Virus record (IMG/VR): IMGVR_UViG_3300023184_000031
Span: 106,256-170,255 of that record
Reading direction: 5' to 3' (one strand)
Source of the DNA: a virus
Taxonomy: Duplodnaviria > Heunggongvirae > Uroviricota > Caudoviricetes
DNA: 64,000 bases
The notes beneath the pieces are model-generated. The model was not told the origin of the DNA, made no database searches, and worked only from the letters and a program-made list of their open reading frames with translations. Shown one piece after another: positions 29,693 to 38,150 of this stretch. Position 1 is the stretch's first letter. Every line of letters begins with the position of its first letter. Made by a program: the position numbers and the translations under genes.

Positions 29693-31037
29693 ATTAATTA
29701 TATTTGATTTAGATGGAGTTTTAGTTGAAGCTAAACGTATTCATTATGATGCTTTAAATAAAGCATTGGGAGAAAAGTATGCTATAGAATGGAATGAGCA
29801 TTTATCAATCTATGATGGTTTAAAAACAAACCAGAAACTTGAAATATTAACAGAGAGAAAAGGATTATCTATTAATCTGTATAAAGAGGTATGGGATAAT
29901 AAACAAATGTATACTTTACAAGAACTAAGAAATCTTAAAGTTAATTCTGAATTAGTAACAACTATGACTATGTTAGTTAATGAAGGATATAAATTAGCTG
30001 TATGTTCCAATAGTATTAGAAAAACTGTGTTAACAGTACTATCTAAATTAGGTATTATTGAATTCTTTGATTTAATATTATCAAATGAAGATGTTAAAAA
30101 TAGTAAACCACATCCTGAAATGTATTGGAAGACAATGTCAACAATGGGATGCCTACCAGAAGAAGTATTAATTGTTGAGGATTCACCATATGGTTTATTA
30201 GCAGCAAGTAGAAGTAAAGCTCATGTAATGAGAGTTGGTTCTCCTAAAGAGGTTACATATATTAATATCCATAAACATTTAAATAAAGAAAGAATGAATG
30301 TTACTCCTAAATGGAAAGATGAAAAATTAAATGTATTAATTCCAATGGCTGGAGCTGGTTCTAGATTCGAACAAGCAGGTTATACATTTCCAAAACCACT
30401 TATTGATGTTAGAAATAAACCAATGATTCAGGTTGTTATTGAGAATCTTAATATTGATGCCAATTATATATATCTTGTTCAGAAAAAACATAGAGAAAAA
30501 TATAATTTAGATACTTTACTTAATCTACTTACTCCTGGTTGTAAAATAGTAGAAGTAGACGGTATAACTGAAGGAGCGGCTTGTACTGCATTGTTAGCTA
30601 AAGAATTTATTGGTAATGACAGTCCATTATTCTTTGCTAATTCTGATCAATTTGTAGAGTGGGATTCAAATGACTTTATGTACAAGATGCAAGAAACAAA
30701 TGCTGATGGAGGTATAGTTACATTTAAAGCAACTCATCCTAAATGGTCATTTGCTAAAATTGATGAAAATGGATTAGTAACAGAGGTAGCAGAAAAAAAT
30801 CCAATATCTGATAATGCAACAGTAGGATATTATTTTTGGAAACATGGGTCTGATTTTATTAAATATGCAGAACAGATGATTGAAAAGAACATTCGTGTTA
30901 ATAATGAATTCTATGTTTGCCCTGTATTTAATCAAGCAATTACCGATAATAAAGAAATTAGAACATTTAATGTTGAAGGAATGTGGGGATTAGGCACACC
31001 AGAAGACTTACACTATTATTTAGAAAATTACAAATGA
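29682..31037 (+). CDS. Bifunctional HAD-family hydrolase/phosphomutase fused to an NDP-sugar/phospho-alcohol nucleotidyltransferase.
   Basis: N-terminal 'IIFDLDGVLVEA', 'KPHPEMY' and 'VEDSPYGLLAA' (HAD-IA). C-terminal 'LIPMAGAGSRFEQAGYTFPKPLIDVRNKPMIQ' (G-x-G-[ST]-R nucleotidyltransferase signature). Confidence 0.7.
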   Translation: MNIKLIIFDLDGVLVEAKRIHYDALNKALGEKYAIEWNEHLSIYDGLKTNQKLEILTERKGLSINLYKEVWDNKQMYTLQELRNLKVNSELVTTMTMLVNEGYKLAVCSNSIRKTVLTVLSKLGIIEFFDLILSNEDVKNSKPHPEMYWKTMSTMGCLPEEVLIVEDSPYGLLAASRSKAHVMRVGSPKEVTYINIHKHLNKERMNVTPKWKDEKLNVLIPMAGAGSRFEQAGYTFPKPLIDVRNKPMIQVVIENLNIDANYIYLVQKKHREKYNLDTLLNLLTPGCKIVEVDGITEGAACTALLAKEFIGNDSPLFFANSDQFVEWDSNDFMYKMQETNADGGIVTFKATHPKWSFAKIDENGLVTEVAEKNPISDNATVGYYFWKHGSDFIKYAEQMIEKNIRVNNEFYVCPVFNQAITDNKEIRTFNVEGMWGLGTPEDLHYYLENYK

Positions 31038-31480
31038 TACTAATATCACATAGAGGAAATATTAATGGTAGAATTATTGAAGCTGAAAATAAACCTGAAT
31101 ATATCGATGATACTATTCGCTTAGGATATGATGTTGAAATTGATATGTGGTGGGTTGATGGTCAAATATATCTGGGGCATGATAAACCACAATATGAAGT
31201 GAGCGATGAATGGTTAGGAGACAGAGTTGATAAGTTGTGGATTCACTGTAAAAATGTTGAGTTATTAAATTGGATCAAAAGTACATCATTACATTACTTT
31301 TGGCATGAAAATGATACAGTGACATTAACATCAAAAAATTATCTTTGGGTTTACCCAGGGAAACAACCTATAATAGGAAGTATAGCAGTAATACCAGAGC
31401 TATATAAAGATAATACATCGAAATGTATAGGAGTTTGTTCAGATTATATACAAAATTATAAGAATGGTATTATTATTTAA
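31034..31480 (+). CDS. Short glycerophosphodiester-phosphodiesterase-like protein.
   Basis: 'MILISHRGN'. 'DVEIDMWWVDGQIYLGHD'. ATGA overlap with the upstream gene. 148 aa, shorter than typical GDPD. Confidence 0.6.
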   Translation: MILISHRGNINGRIIEAENKPEYIDDTIRLGYDVEIDMWWVDGQIYLGHDKPQYEVSDEWLGDRVDKLWIHCKNVELLNWIKSTSLHYFWHENDTVTLTSKNYLWVYPGKQPIIGSIAVIPELYKDNTSKCIGVCSDYIQNYKNGIII

Positions 31481-32669
31481 TGTTTTTATTACTAACAAAT
31501 CCTCTACTGGAGGACAGTGGGAGAGACTAGGAGTAACGTATGATAGAGGAAATTTATCTACTCCTAATAAACTAGATATATTAAAATATAGTTTAGCTAG
31601 CTATGCAGTAGCATACCCTTGGAAAAGAATAATATTAAATTTAGAGTTAGATCCTGATTATATCCCACCCAGTAGACAATCAGAATTAAAAGAATTTGCT
31701 TTTAAAATATTTAAAAATATTGAAATATTCTATTCAGAACGAAGAAATGTAACACAAGAAGATTGGATTAAAACTTACGACTTAATTAATGATGATGTTA
31801 TTTTTTATCAAGGTAATCATGATCATATTTTTATAGACAGTTCAACATCTTATCTAGAAGAATTAGTTAAATTAAGAGAAACATATGGAGAAAATTTAAC
31901 TATTTCAACATCTCATTTTCCTGAATGTGTTAGAACATCTAAAGGATGTTATATAGATTTATTTAAAGGAGAAACTCAACCCTCTTTATTCAACTCAGAT
32001 TATGAATTAAAAAATAATCATTTTTCTAGAACAACTCCTGTTTTTGATAGTTTAATTATTATAACTAAAGAAATTTATAAAAATTGGTTTTTAGAAGGAG
32101 ATTGGTCTCAAATTCAATTCCCCCCTGAGTTATTTACTTCAGGCAAATTAGAATTAGCTCGAACTGAAGGAACCGGAATAATAGGATTATCAGAAATAAA
32201 AAAGTTAATTAAAAGTCCAATAATTAAACAGATATTAATTTCTCCATATAAAGAAATATTTAGACATTTTGATGGATATTATCATCAATATATAACAAAT
32301 AATCAATGCCCTGCTCTTGATATACCTCCTGGCTTTTTTGAAAATAATATTAAAATCAGATATGGATATGAAAATTATATAGAGGGTTGGGTAAATATTA
32401 ACCCAAAAAATGAACATTACTATGCTTATGATAAATCAGGAACGGATTATAAATTTACTTTAAATGAAATTCCTTTATTTTGGAAAAGCAGAATATCTAA
32501 AATAGATTCAAATCCTAATATTGATGAAGAAGAAATGGTTCAATATAGACTAAAATCAATATTAGAAATGATATATACTCATCCTTATTACGAACCCTAT
32601 ATAGATAAAGAATTAGAAAATAAAATATTAAACAAATATTTAGAAAATTATCCTGGATATGAATATTAA
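31464..32669 (+). CDS. Hypothetical protein within the island.
   Basis: 401 aa ORF. Confidence 0.45.
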   Translation: MVLLFNVFITNKSSTGGQWERLGVTYDRGNLSTPNKLDILKYSLASYAVAYPWKRIILNLELDPDYIPPSRQSELKEFAFKIFKNIEIFYSERRNVTQEDWIKTYDLINDDVIFYQGNHDHIFIDSSTSYLEELVKLRETYGENLTISTSHFPECVRTSKGCYIDLFKGETQPSLFNSDYELKNNHFSRTTPVFDSLIIITKEIYKNWFLEGDWSQIQFPPELFTSGKLELARTEGTGIIGLSEIKKLIKSPIIKQILISPYKEIFRHFDGYYHQYITNNQCPALDIPPGFFENNIKIRYGYENYIEGWVNINPKNEHYYAYDKSGTDYKFTLNEIPLFWKSRISKIDSNPNIDEEEMVQYRLKSILEMIYTHPYYEPYIDKELENKILNKYLENYPGYEY

Positions 32670-33870
32670 AAATATGGAAAAAATAACATTTTGCATCCCA
32701 AGTAAATCAAATTTACGTTATCTTAAAACATGTATCCCTTCAATTAGAGAAAATGCATATAGAAAAGATCATGATATTATTATATTTGTTGATCAAGATA
32801 ATGATGGTACAGTTGAATGGTTAGAGCAAGTTAAAGATGAATATAATATAACGTATTATGTTAATCCATATTTAGGAGAAAAATTATTTGGTATTGGTAA
32901 AGGTTATGATTATTGTATTGAAAAATCAACAACAGATGTTTTTATGATATTCCATGCTGACATGATGCTTGGAAAAGATGCTGATTTATATGCTTATAGT
33001 TGTTTAAAAAGTAAAACTGCTGTTTGTTCAACTAGAATTGAACCACCCTTACATCCAAATGGTGGAGAAAAAATACTAATTGATTATGGAATATGGCCGG
33101 AAGAATTTAAAAAAGATGAATTTAATAAGTATGTTGAATCTCAAACAAAAGAAACTAAAATAACAAATGGAATATTTGCTCCTTGGATGTTATTTAAAGA
33201 TGAATTTCTAGCAATAGGAGGACATGACCCTATATTAAAATCAGCACGAGAAGATTCAGATGTATTTAATAGATTAAAATTAGCAGGATTTACATTTATT
33301 CAACCCTGGAATAGCTTAGTGTACCATTTAACTGGTAGAGGAGGACAGTTCCAGCATGGTAAAATAACTCAAGAACATTCTCAAAAAAGTGAAGAATGGC
33401 AAAAATTAATGCATAATTCAACTAAAGAATTTATACGTAAATGGGGTTCAAGTGTTAAACATACTCCCTTAATGGACCCTATCATATCTCCTAAATATAA
33501 TATTGCCTTTGTAGTTAATAATTGTAACTTACAATTACTAGAGGTATTAGAACCATGGTGTGATAGAATATACACCAGTGAAATATATAATATAGGTAGA
33601 ATGTGGGATTATGTAGAAATAGAACAATCAAACACAGAATTTGATTTAAGTAAACGTGTATTAACAATTGAAAATAATAACCCTATAGCAGAAAATAATA
33701 TTATAATTGAATTTGATGCGACTAAATTAAATCAAAATAATTTTCAATTACTACAACAATTACCCGAAATTATACAGGACTCAGGTGAACTTGGACAGTT
33801 TGAATTAGATATATTTAAAATAACAATTAATAGCTTAGAAACATATGAGCATACTTTAATAAAAATTTAG
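32659..33870 (+). CDS. GT2-like glycosyltransferase.
   Basis: 'ITFCIPSKSNLRYLKTCIPSI'. 'DIIIFVDQDNDGT' DxD motif. Confidence 0.55.
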   Translation: MNIKNMEKITFCIPSKSNLRYLKTCIPSIRENAYRKDHDIIIFVDQDNDGTVEWLEQVKDEYNITYYVNPYLGEKLFGIGKGYDYCIEKSTTDVFMIFHADMMLGKDADLYAYSCLKSKTAVCSTRIEPPLHPNGGEKILIDYGIWPEEFKKDEFNKYVESQTKETKITNGIFAPWMLFKDEFLAIGGHDPILKSAREDSDVFNRLKLAGFTFIQPWNSLVYHLTGRGGQFQHGKITQEHSQKSEEWQKLMHNSTKEFIRKWGSSVKHTPLMDPIISPKYNIAFVVNNCNLQLLEVLEPWCDRIYTSEIYNIGRMWDYVEIEQSNTEFDLSKRVLTIENNNPIAENNIIIEFDATKLNQNNFQLLQQLPEIIQDSGELGQFELDIFKITINSLETYEHTLIKI

Positions 33871-33895
33871 TATTTATTGGAGAAAATATAACCAT

Positions 33896-34435
33896 ATGTC
33901 TTCTCCAAAAAAATCAACAAAACCAACGGGTCGAATCATGTCATTAGGTGATATAGAAATAGACAACGTTAATGAAATAATAGAAGTTATATACGAAATC
34001 AACGAAGAAGATGCGAAAAAAACGCAAAAAGAACCAATAAAGCTAATAGTCAACTCACCTGGTGGAGATGTTTATCATGGATTTGCCTTAGTTGATGTCA
34101 TTTCAAACTCGCAGACTCCAATCCATACAATATGTCATGGCCACGCCATGTCAGCAGCACTAATAGTGTACGCCGCTGGTCATAAACGATTTGCAAGTCA
34201 ACGTGCCACATTTATGTACCATGAAATGTCATGGCTAACACAACAAGAAAAACTACAATATCATCTACAAGAAGCAAAAGAGGGAGAACGAATGTGGAAA
34301 ATATATGATGATTACTTACTTTCCCGTACGAAATTCACAGCAAAACAATTGAATGAGGTTAAAGATAGACGTGGAGAGTGGTATATGGATGTAAAAGTAG
34401 CACATAAATATGGGCTAGTAGACGAAATTTTATAA
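33896..34435 (+). CDS. ClpP-family serine protease.
   Basis: 'IKLIVNSPGGDV'. 'GHAMSAALIV' (Ser). 'FMYHE' (His). Confidence 0.7.
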   Translation: MSSPKKSTKPTGRIMSLGDIEIDNVNEIIEVIYEINEEDAKKTQKEPIKLIVNSPGGDVYHGFALVDVISNSQTPIHTICHGHAMSAALIVYAAGHKRFASQRATFMYHEMSWLTQQEKLQYHLQEAKEGERMWKIYDDYLLSRTKFTAKQLNEVKDRRGEWYMDVKVAHKYGLVDEIL

Positions 34436-34457
34436 TATTTATACGTAAACGATATCA

Positions 34458-34835
34458 ATGGCAATCAAACCAAAACTAATAGTAGATGTGAATCATAACC
34501 CAACTAAAAAGGGTATTAAGGTTCAATTTGCATTACCTCAAACGCTTGAGGGGGATGCTAAAGCATCTGCTGCACAGAAACTACAAGCTAAATTAAATCA
34601 AGGCTTAGAACAATTTAACTTGACTGTATCTCAGGATACAGATGTACCATATAGCAACGTAATTGGATTTTTAATTCCAATCGCTGATGTTAAATTATTG
34701 ATTAAGAAGGCATTAGGAATGGGTGAAGAAGGACAAGGCGAACAAGCGCCTGAAGAAATGCCTGCACCTGAAGCTGCACCTGAAGAACCAATGGCTGAAA
34801 TGAAGAGAATGCAGAAATTAGCTAATGTAAAATAA
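34458..34835 (+). CDS. Hypothetical protein with Pro/Glu/Ala-rich C-terminal tail.
   Basis: ORF. Confidence 0.45.
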   Translation: MAIKPKLIVDVNHNPTKKGIKVQFALPQTLEGDAKASAAQKLQAKLNQGLEQFNLTVSQDTDVPYSNVIGFLIPIADVKLLIKKALGMGEEGQGEQAPEEMPAPEAAPEEPMAEMKRMQKLANVK

Positions 34836-34847
34836 TTACATAAATCA

Positions 34848-35174
34848 ATGGTTATGGTTAAAACTAGAAAGATAATGAGAAGAAAAATCCCTGTGTTCAG
34901 AGTGCATGTTGGACCAGGGGCAGATTATGATCAATTAAAAGAAATACCAGAAGTACAACAAGCAGTAAGAAACGAAGCCGTTTATGCTATAAAAGACGGT
35001 ATCGAAAAACATAAATCCACAATCACTTTATTTGAAATAGCTAATTCAGACTATTATATTGAGTTGAGTAAAGATAAGTGGAAATCAACCCTTGAAAACA
35101 TAATTCAATATTATGCCGAAAAAGAGGAATACAACAAGTGCGCTGAAGCACGAGATCTCATAAGCAAATTATAA
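34848..35174 (+). CDS. Hypothetical protein.
   Basis: ORF. Confidence 0.45.
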   Translation: MVMVKTRKIMRRKIPVFRVHVGPGADYDQLKEIPEVQQAVRNEAVYAIKDGIEKHKSTITLFEIANSDYYIELSKDKWKSTLENIIQYYAEKEEYNKCAEARDLISKL

Positions 35175-35178
35175 TTTT

Positions 35179-35610
35179 ATGGATAATGAAAAACATGCTG
35201 ATGGGATTAAAAAATCCATCGACGGTATTATTGGTGTAGATACGTTTTTAAAACGTAAAAAGAAAAATGAAGATGATGCTCAAAGGGAAAGATTTGAGAA
35301 AATTATCCAAACATTAGAGGAAGTAGAAGTACGTGGAATGATATTAGGTAATGATTTGAATTTAGACTTTACATCATACGATGAAAAATTCTATTTCGTG
35401 ATTGATTCATTATTTAGTTTGCATTTTGGTAAAGAAGCGTGTGAACTAATATTCTTCTATCTATACGAACGCCTAGGTCCCGATGGGAGTATGAATGAAA
35501 TAATGGATGAAGAGGGAAATGTAATAGAATTATCATCTTCAACAGATCTTTGGTATTTATTGAAAGCTACCCAAGATCAAGAAAAAAGCGGGAAGGCAAA
35601 GAAAAAATAG
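35179..35610 (+). CDS. Hypothetical protein.
   Basis: ORF. Confidence 0.45.
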   Translation: MDNEKHADGIKKSIDGIIGVDTFLKRKKKNEDDAQRERFEKIIQTLEEVEVRGMILGNDLNLDFTSYDEKFYFVIDSLFSLHFGKEACELIFFYLYERLGPDGSMNEIMDEEGNVIELSSSTDLWYLLKATQDQEKSGKAKKK

Positions 35611-35641
35611 TATATTTAATCAAATAATAAAAACAAACAAC

Positions 35642-35803
35642 ATGAAAAAAACAATTGCAATCGTTGCATTAGCAGCAACCCTAGCATCTTGTGGTGGAAG
35701 TACTACTACTGAAGCTCCAAAAACTGATTCTACAGTAGTAAAATGTGATTCTACTAAATGCGACAGCACTAAAGTAGTAGATACTACTAAAGCAGTAAAG
35801 TAA
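35642..35803 (+). CDS. Small lipoprotein, 53 aa.
   Basis: 'MKKTIAIVALAATLASCGG' signal peptide with lipobox. Unlisted + strand ORF, followed by a terminator. Confidence 0.5.
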   Translation: MKKTIAIVALAATLASCGGSTTTEAPKTDSTVVKCDSTKCDSTKVVDTTKAVK

Positions 35804-35818
35804 TTAGGATTTAATATC

Positions 35819-35854
35819 CGACTGGGGTGCCTGTATGGCATCCCGGTTATTTTT
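35819..35854 (+). terminator. Rho-independent terminator.
   Basis: 'gggtgcc-tgtat-ggcatcc' hairpin followed by 'ttattttt'. Confidence 0.5.
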
Positions 35855-35864
35855 AATTTAAGTT

Positions 35865-36467
35865 ATGCCAGCAGCCAAACATCTTACCAAAACACAGATT
35901 GAAACGGCAATGCGCTATACGAAATCAGTTCGTGCCGCTGCCCGATATTTAGGTTGCTCATATCAACATCTTAAGCCGTTTATGAAAGCGCTTAGAGTGG
36001 ATGATAATGATCCAAATTCCCCAACATTATTTGATGCTCACAAGAATCAAAGTGGCAAGGCCATCCCTAAGTTCCTACCCAATAGACGTAAAGAACCTCA
36101 TGTAACACGAATATTCACAGAGGGTACTGGGTATGAATCATTTACAACAGAAAAAATACGAATTAGAGGCATCGCTGAAGGATTCTTGAGAGATGAATGC
36201 TATATGTGTGGCTTTAGTGAACGTAGAGTAACTGATTATAAGGTTCCATTATTAATGAACTTTAAAGATGGTAGTAAATGTAATTATCTATTAGATAACC
36301 TTGAACTATTATGTTATAATTGCTACTTCCTATACGTTGGTGAAGTATTAACACCAGACCAAATTCGCGACGTTGAAACAAATCAAACCACTAAAACTAA
36401 ATCGTTTGAGTGGGATTTAGATGATGATCAATTAGATAACATGCGCGCATTGGGCTTAATAGATTGA
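35865..36467 (+). CDS. HTH-like N-terminus with Cys-rich C-terminal domain protein.
   Basis: 'SVRAAARYLGCSYQHL'. 'CYMCGF...C...CYNCY'. Confidence 0.45.
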   Translation: MPAAKHLTKTQIETAMRYTKSVRAAARYLGCSYQHLKPFMKALRVDDNDPNSPTLFDAHKNQSGKAIPKFLPNRRKEPHVTRIFTEGTGYESFTTEKIRIRGIAEGFLRDECYMCGFSERRVTDYKVPLLMNFKDGSKCNYLLDNLELLCYNCYFLYVGEVLTPDQIRDVETNQTTKTKSFEWDLDDDQLDNMRALGLID

Positions 36468-36790
36468 TTTGGCTTAGGCAAAATAAGTTTATATATTTAC
36501 TCAAACAAAAAATACAAGTTATGTACGAATTAGCACAAAAGTATGCAGATTTTAAAATCCCAACCGAATTTAAAAGAGGTTATGGTTCTACTAGTTTAAT
36601 TAAAATGATGTTGTTTGCCAACAGCGTTGAATTAACAAACGACCATATTGACTACTATATGGGTATTCCTCCACAAAGACAGGAAGACGAATCATATGAG
36701 GATATGAAATCAAGAAATAAACTAGCAAACGCTATGTTAAAATACAGATCAAAATTATACGATTATTCATCTTACGAAAAAATAAATTAA
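36464..36790 (+). CDS. Hypothetical protein.
   Basis: ORF preceded by the 'tttggcttaggcaaaataag' motif. Confidence 0.45.
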   Translation: MIWLRQNKFIYLLKQKIQVMYELAQKYADFKIPTEFKRGYGSTSLIKMMLFANSVELTNDHIDYYMGIPPQRQEDESYEDMKSRNKLANAMLKYRSKLYDYSSYEKIN

Positions 36791-36791
36791 T

Positions 36792-37004
36792 ATGGCACAG
36801 TTTTTCCAAGTTAAGGTTCAATTCACTGTTGAAGACAGTAAAGGTAAAGTAAAAAAACAAAACGTATTATATCTAGTAGACGCAATGTCAGTGACTGAAG
36901 CTGAAGCTAGAATGGTACAGCATCTAACAGAGCAAGGTGAAAATGAGTTTGAGGTTAAAGCGGCTTCCGAATCGCCAATTGCGTCTGTAGTTGTAGGTAA
37001 GTAA
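36792..37004 (+). CDS. Hypothetical protein.
   Basis: ORF. Confidence 0.4.
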   Translation: MAQFFQVKVQFTVEDSKGKVKKQNVLYLVDAMSVTEAEARMVQHLTEQGENEFEVKAASESPIASVVVGK

Positions 37005-37008
37005 TTAC

Positions 37009-37079
37009 TGTGATATGATGTAACGGTAACATTACAGATTTTGATTCTGTCCTTCCTGGTTCGAATCCAGGTGTCACAT
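37009..37079 (+). tRNA. tRNA-Gln(TTG).
   Basis: Acceptor tgtgata/tgtcaca. D-arm atgt-aacggta-acat. Anticodon stem acaga/tctgt with loop ttTTGat. T-arm cctgg-ttcgaat-ccagg. No CCA encoded. Confidence 0.75.
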
Positions 37080-37084
37080 CTAAT

Positions 37085-37187
37085 AGTCAGGTGGCAGAGT
37101 GGACGAATGCTAACTAGGAAGAGTCTGAGGGGTGATAACCTGGTATCGATACCCTGATGACCGCAGGTTCGAATCCTGTCCTGACTA
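37085..37187 (+). tRNA. Atypical ~103 nt class-II (Ser-type) tRNA-like gene with an enlarged central region.
   Basis: Perfect 7-bp acceptor agtcagg/cctgact. Ser-like D-arm 'tggcagagtggacgaatgc'. T-arm gcagg-ttcgaat-cctgt. The only central stem I can draw (ctagg/cctgg) encloses ~20 nt rather than a 7-nt anticodon loop. Confidence 0.45.
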
Positions 37188-37311
37188 CTTGATCAACAAG
37201 GCACTCATGTTAACCCGGACTTGTGGGGTGCTTTAAAAAACAAACAAGAAAGGGAGTACCGTTATTTTGCTGGTTTTGAAGATTCGGTACGCTCAACAAA
37301 TCAGCAGCGCT

Positions 37312-37384
37312 GCAGCCTTAGACGAGCGGTTAAGTCGTCTCCCTTTCACGGAGAAGATCATGGGTTCGAATCCCATAGGTTGTA
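37312..37384 (+). tRNA. tRNA-Glu(TTC).
   Basis: Acceptor gcagcct/aggttgt (with G-U pairs). Anticodon stem tctcc/ggaga with loop ctTTCac. T-arm atggg-ttcgaat-cccat. Confidence 0.65.
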
Positions 37385-37411
37385 CTTGTTTTCGAACCCT
37401 TTATATATTTA

Positions 37412-37816
37412 TTGCAAATGAATAATATGAAAATTTGTAGTAAATGTAAACAGGAAAAAGAATTAATTGAATTCAATAAACATCGCTATGGAGTTACATC
37501 ATGGTGCAAAGAATGTGTTAGAAGTAGAAGTAAACAACACTATGAAGAAAATGGTATATCTTTAAAAGAGAAGAAAAAACTATACATTCAGCAACGAAGA
37601 GAGTGGTTTAATGAATTTAAAAAAACATTAAAATGTATTAAATGTGGTGAAAACCATATAGCGTGTTTAGACTTTCATCACCGTGATCCTAAACAAAAAG
37701 AATTTAGTATTGCTGGGGCTGTAAGCCATTCAAACAAAGAAAAAGTGATTAAGGAATTAGAAAAATGTGATGTTTTATGTGCTAATTGCCATAGGAAGCA
37801 TCATTACGAAGAATAA
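37412..37816 (+). mobile_element. HNH homing endonuclease.
   Basis: N-terminal 'CSKCKQ...WCKECV' zinc finger. 'LDFHHRDPKQK...NKEKVIKELEKCDVLCANCHRKHH' HNH motif. Lies between tRNA and tmRNA genes. Confidence 0.8.
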
Positions 37817-37823
37817 AATATTT

Positions 37824-38144
37824 ATGGTTATGGCATGTCATTGTTTATACTTAAAAGATCAACGCGAATTCTTCGAATTAATGAAGAAGCGAGATTCTGA
37901 CTTAGTATTGAAAATGGTTAAGTGCGTATTAAGTGCTACTAAGCGAAATAAAACGAAAATAGATATATTCGATATTTCATTCAAGGATATGAGTTCAATG
38001 TTATTTACGATTGAAAAATCACAATATAACGACATGTTAAGTAATTGTATGGATGATCTTATCAAAATAGAAGAATATGAGTTATGTGCTGAAATAAAGA
38101 AGTTAATAGATAAAAAAACTAGAAAGAAAAAAGAAGTTCTTTAA
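37824..38144 (+). CDS. Hypothetical protein.
   Basis: ORF (listed as 37767..38144). Start trimmed to MVMACH so it does not overlap the HNH gene. Confidence 0.4.
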   Translation: MVMACHCLYLKDQREFFELMKKRDSDLVLKMVKCVLSATKRNKTKIDIFDISFKDMSSMLFTIEKSQYNDMLSNCMDDLIKIEEYELCAEIKKLIDKKTRKKKEVL

Positions 38145-38150
38145 AATATG

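Noticed and set aside
35620-35841. 73-aa minus-strand ORF.
   Set aside because: Antisense to a + strand lipoprotein ORF with a clear signal peptide and to a terminator hairpin.
37188-37311. Possible additional tRNA between the Ser-like tRNA and tRNA-Glu.
   Set aside because: No T-arm or acceptor pairing found. Only an imperfect 8-bp hairpin (gagtaccg...cggtacgc), possibly a processing or regulatory stem.
37221-37421. 66-aa + strand ORF.
   Set aside because: Overlaps tRNA-Glu and the tRNA spacer. No start context, and the RNA genes explain the sequence.
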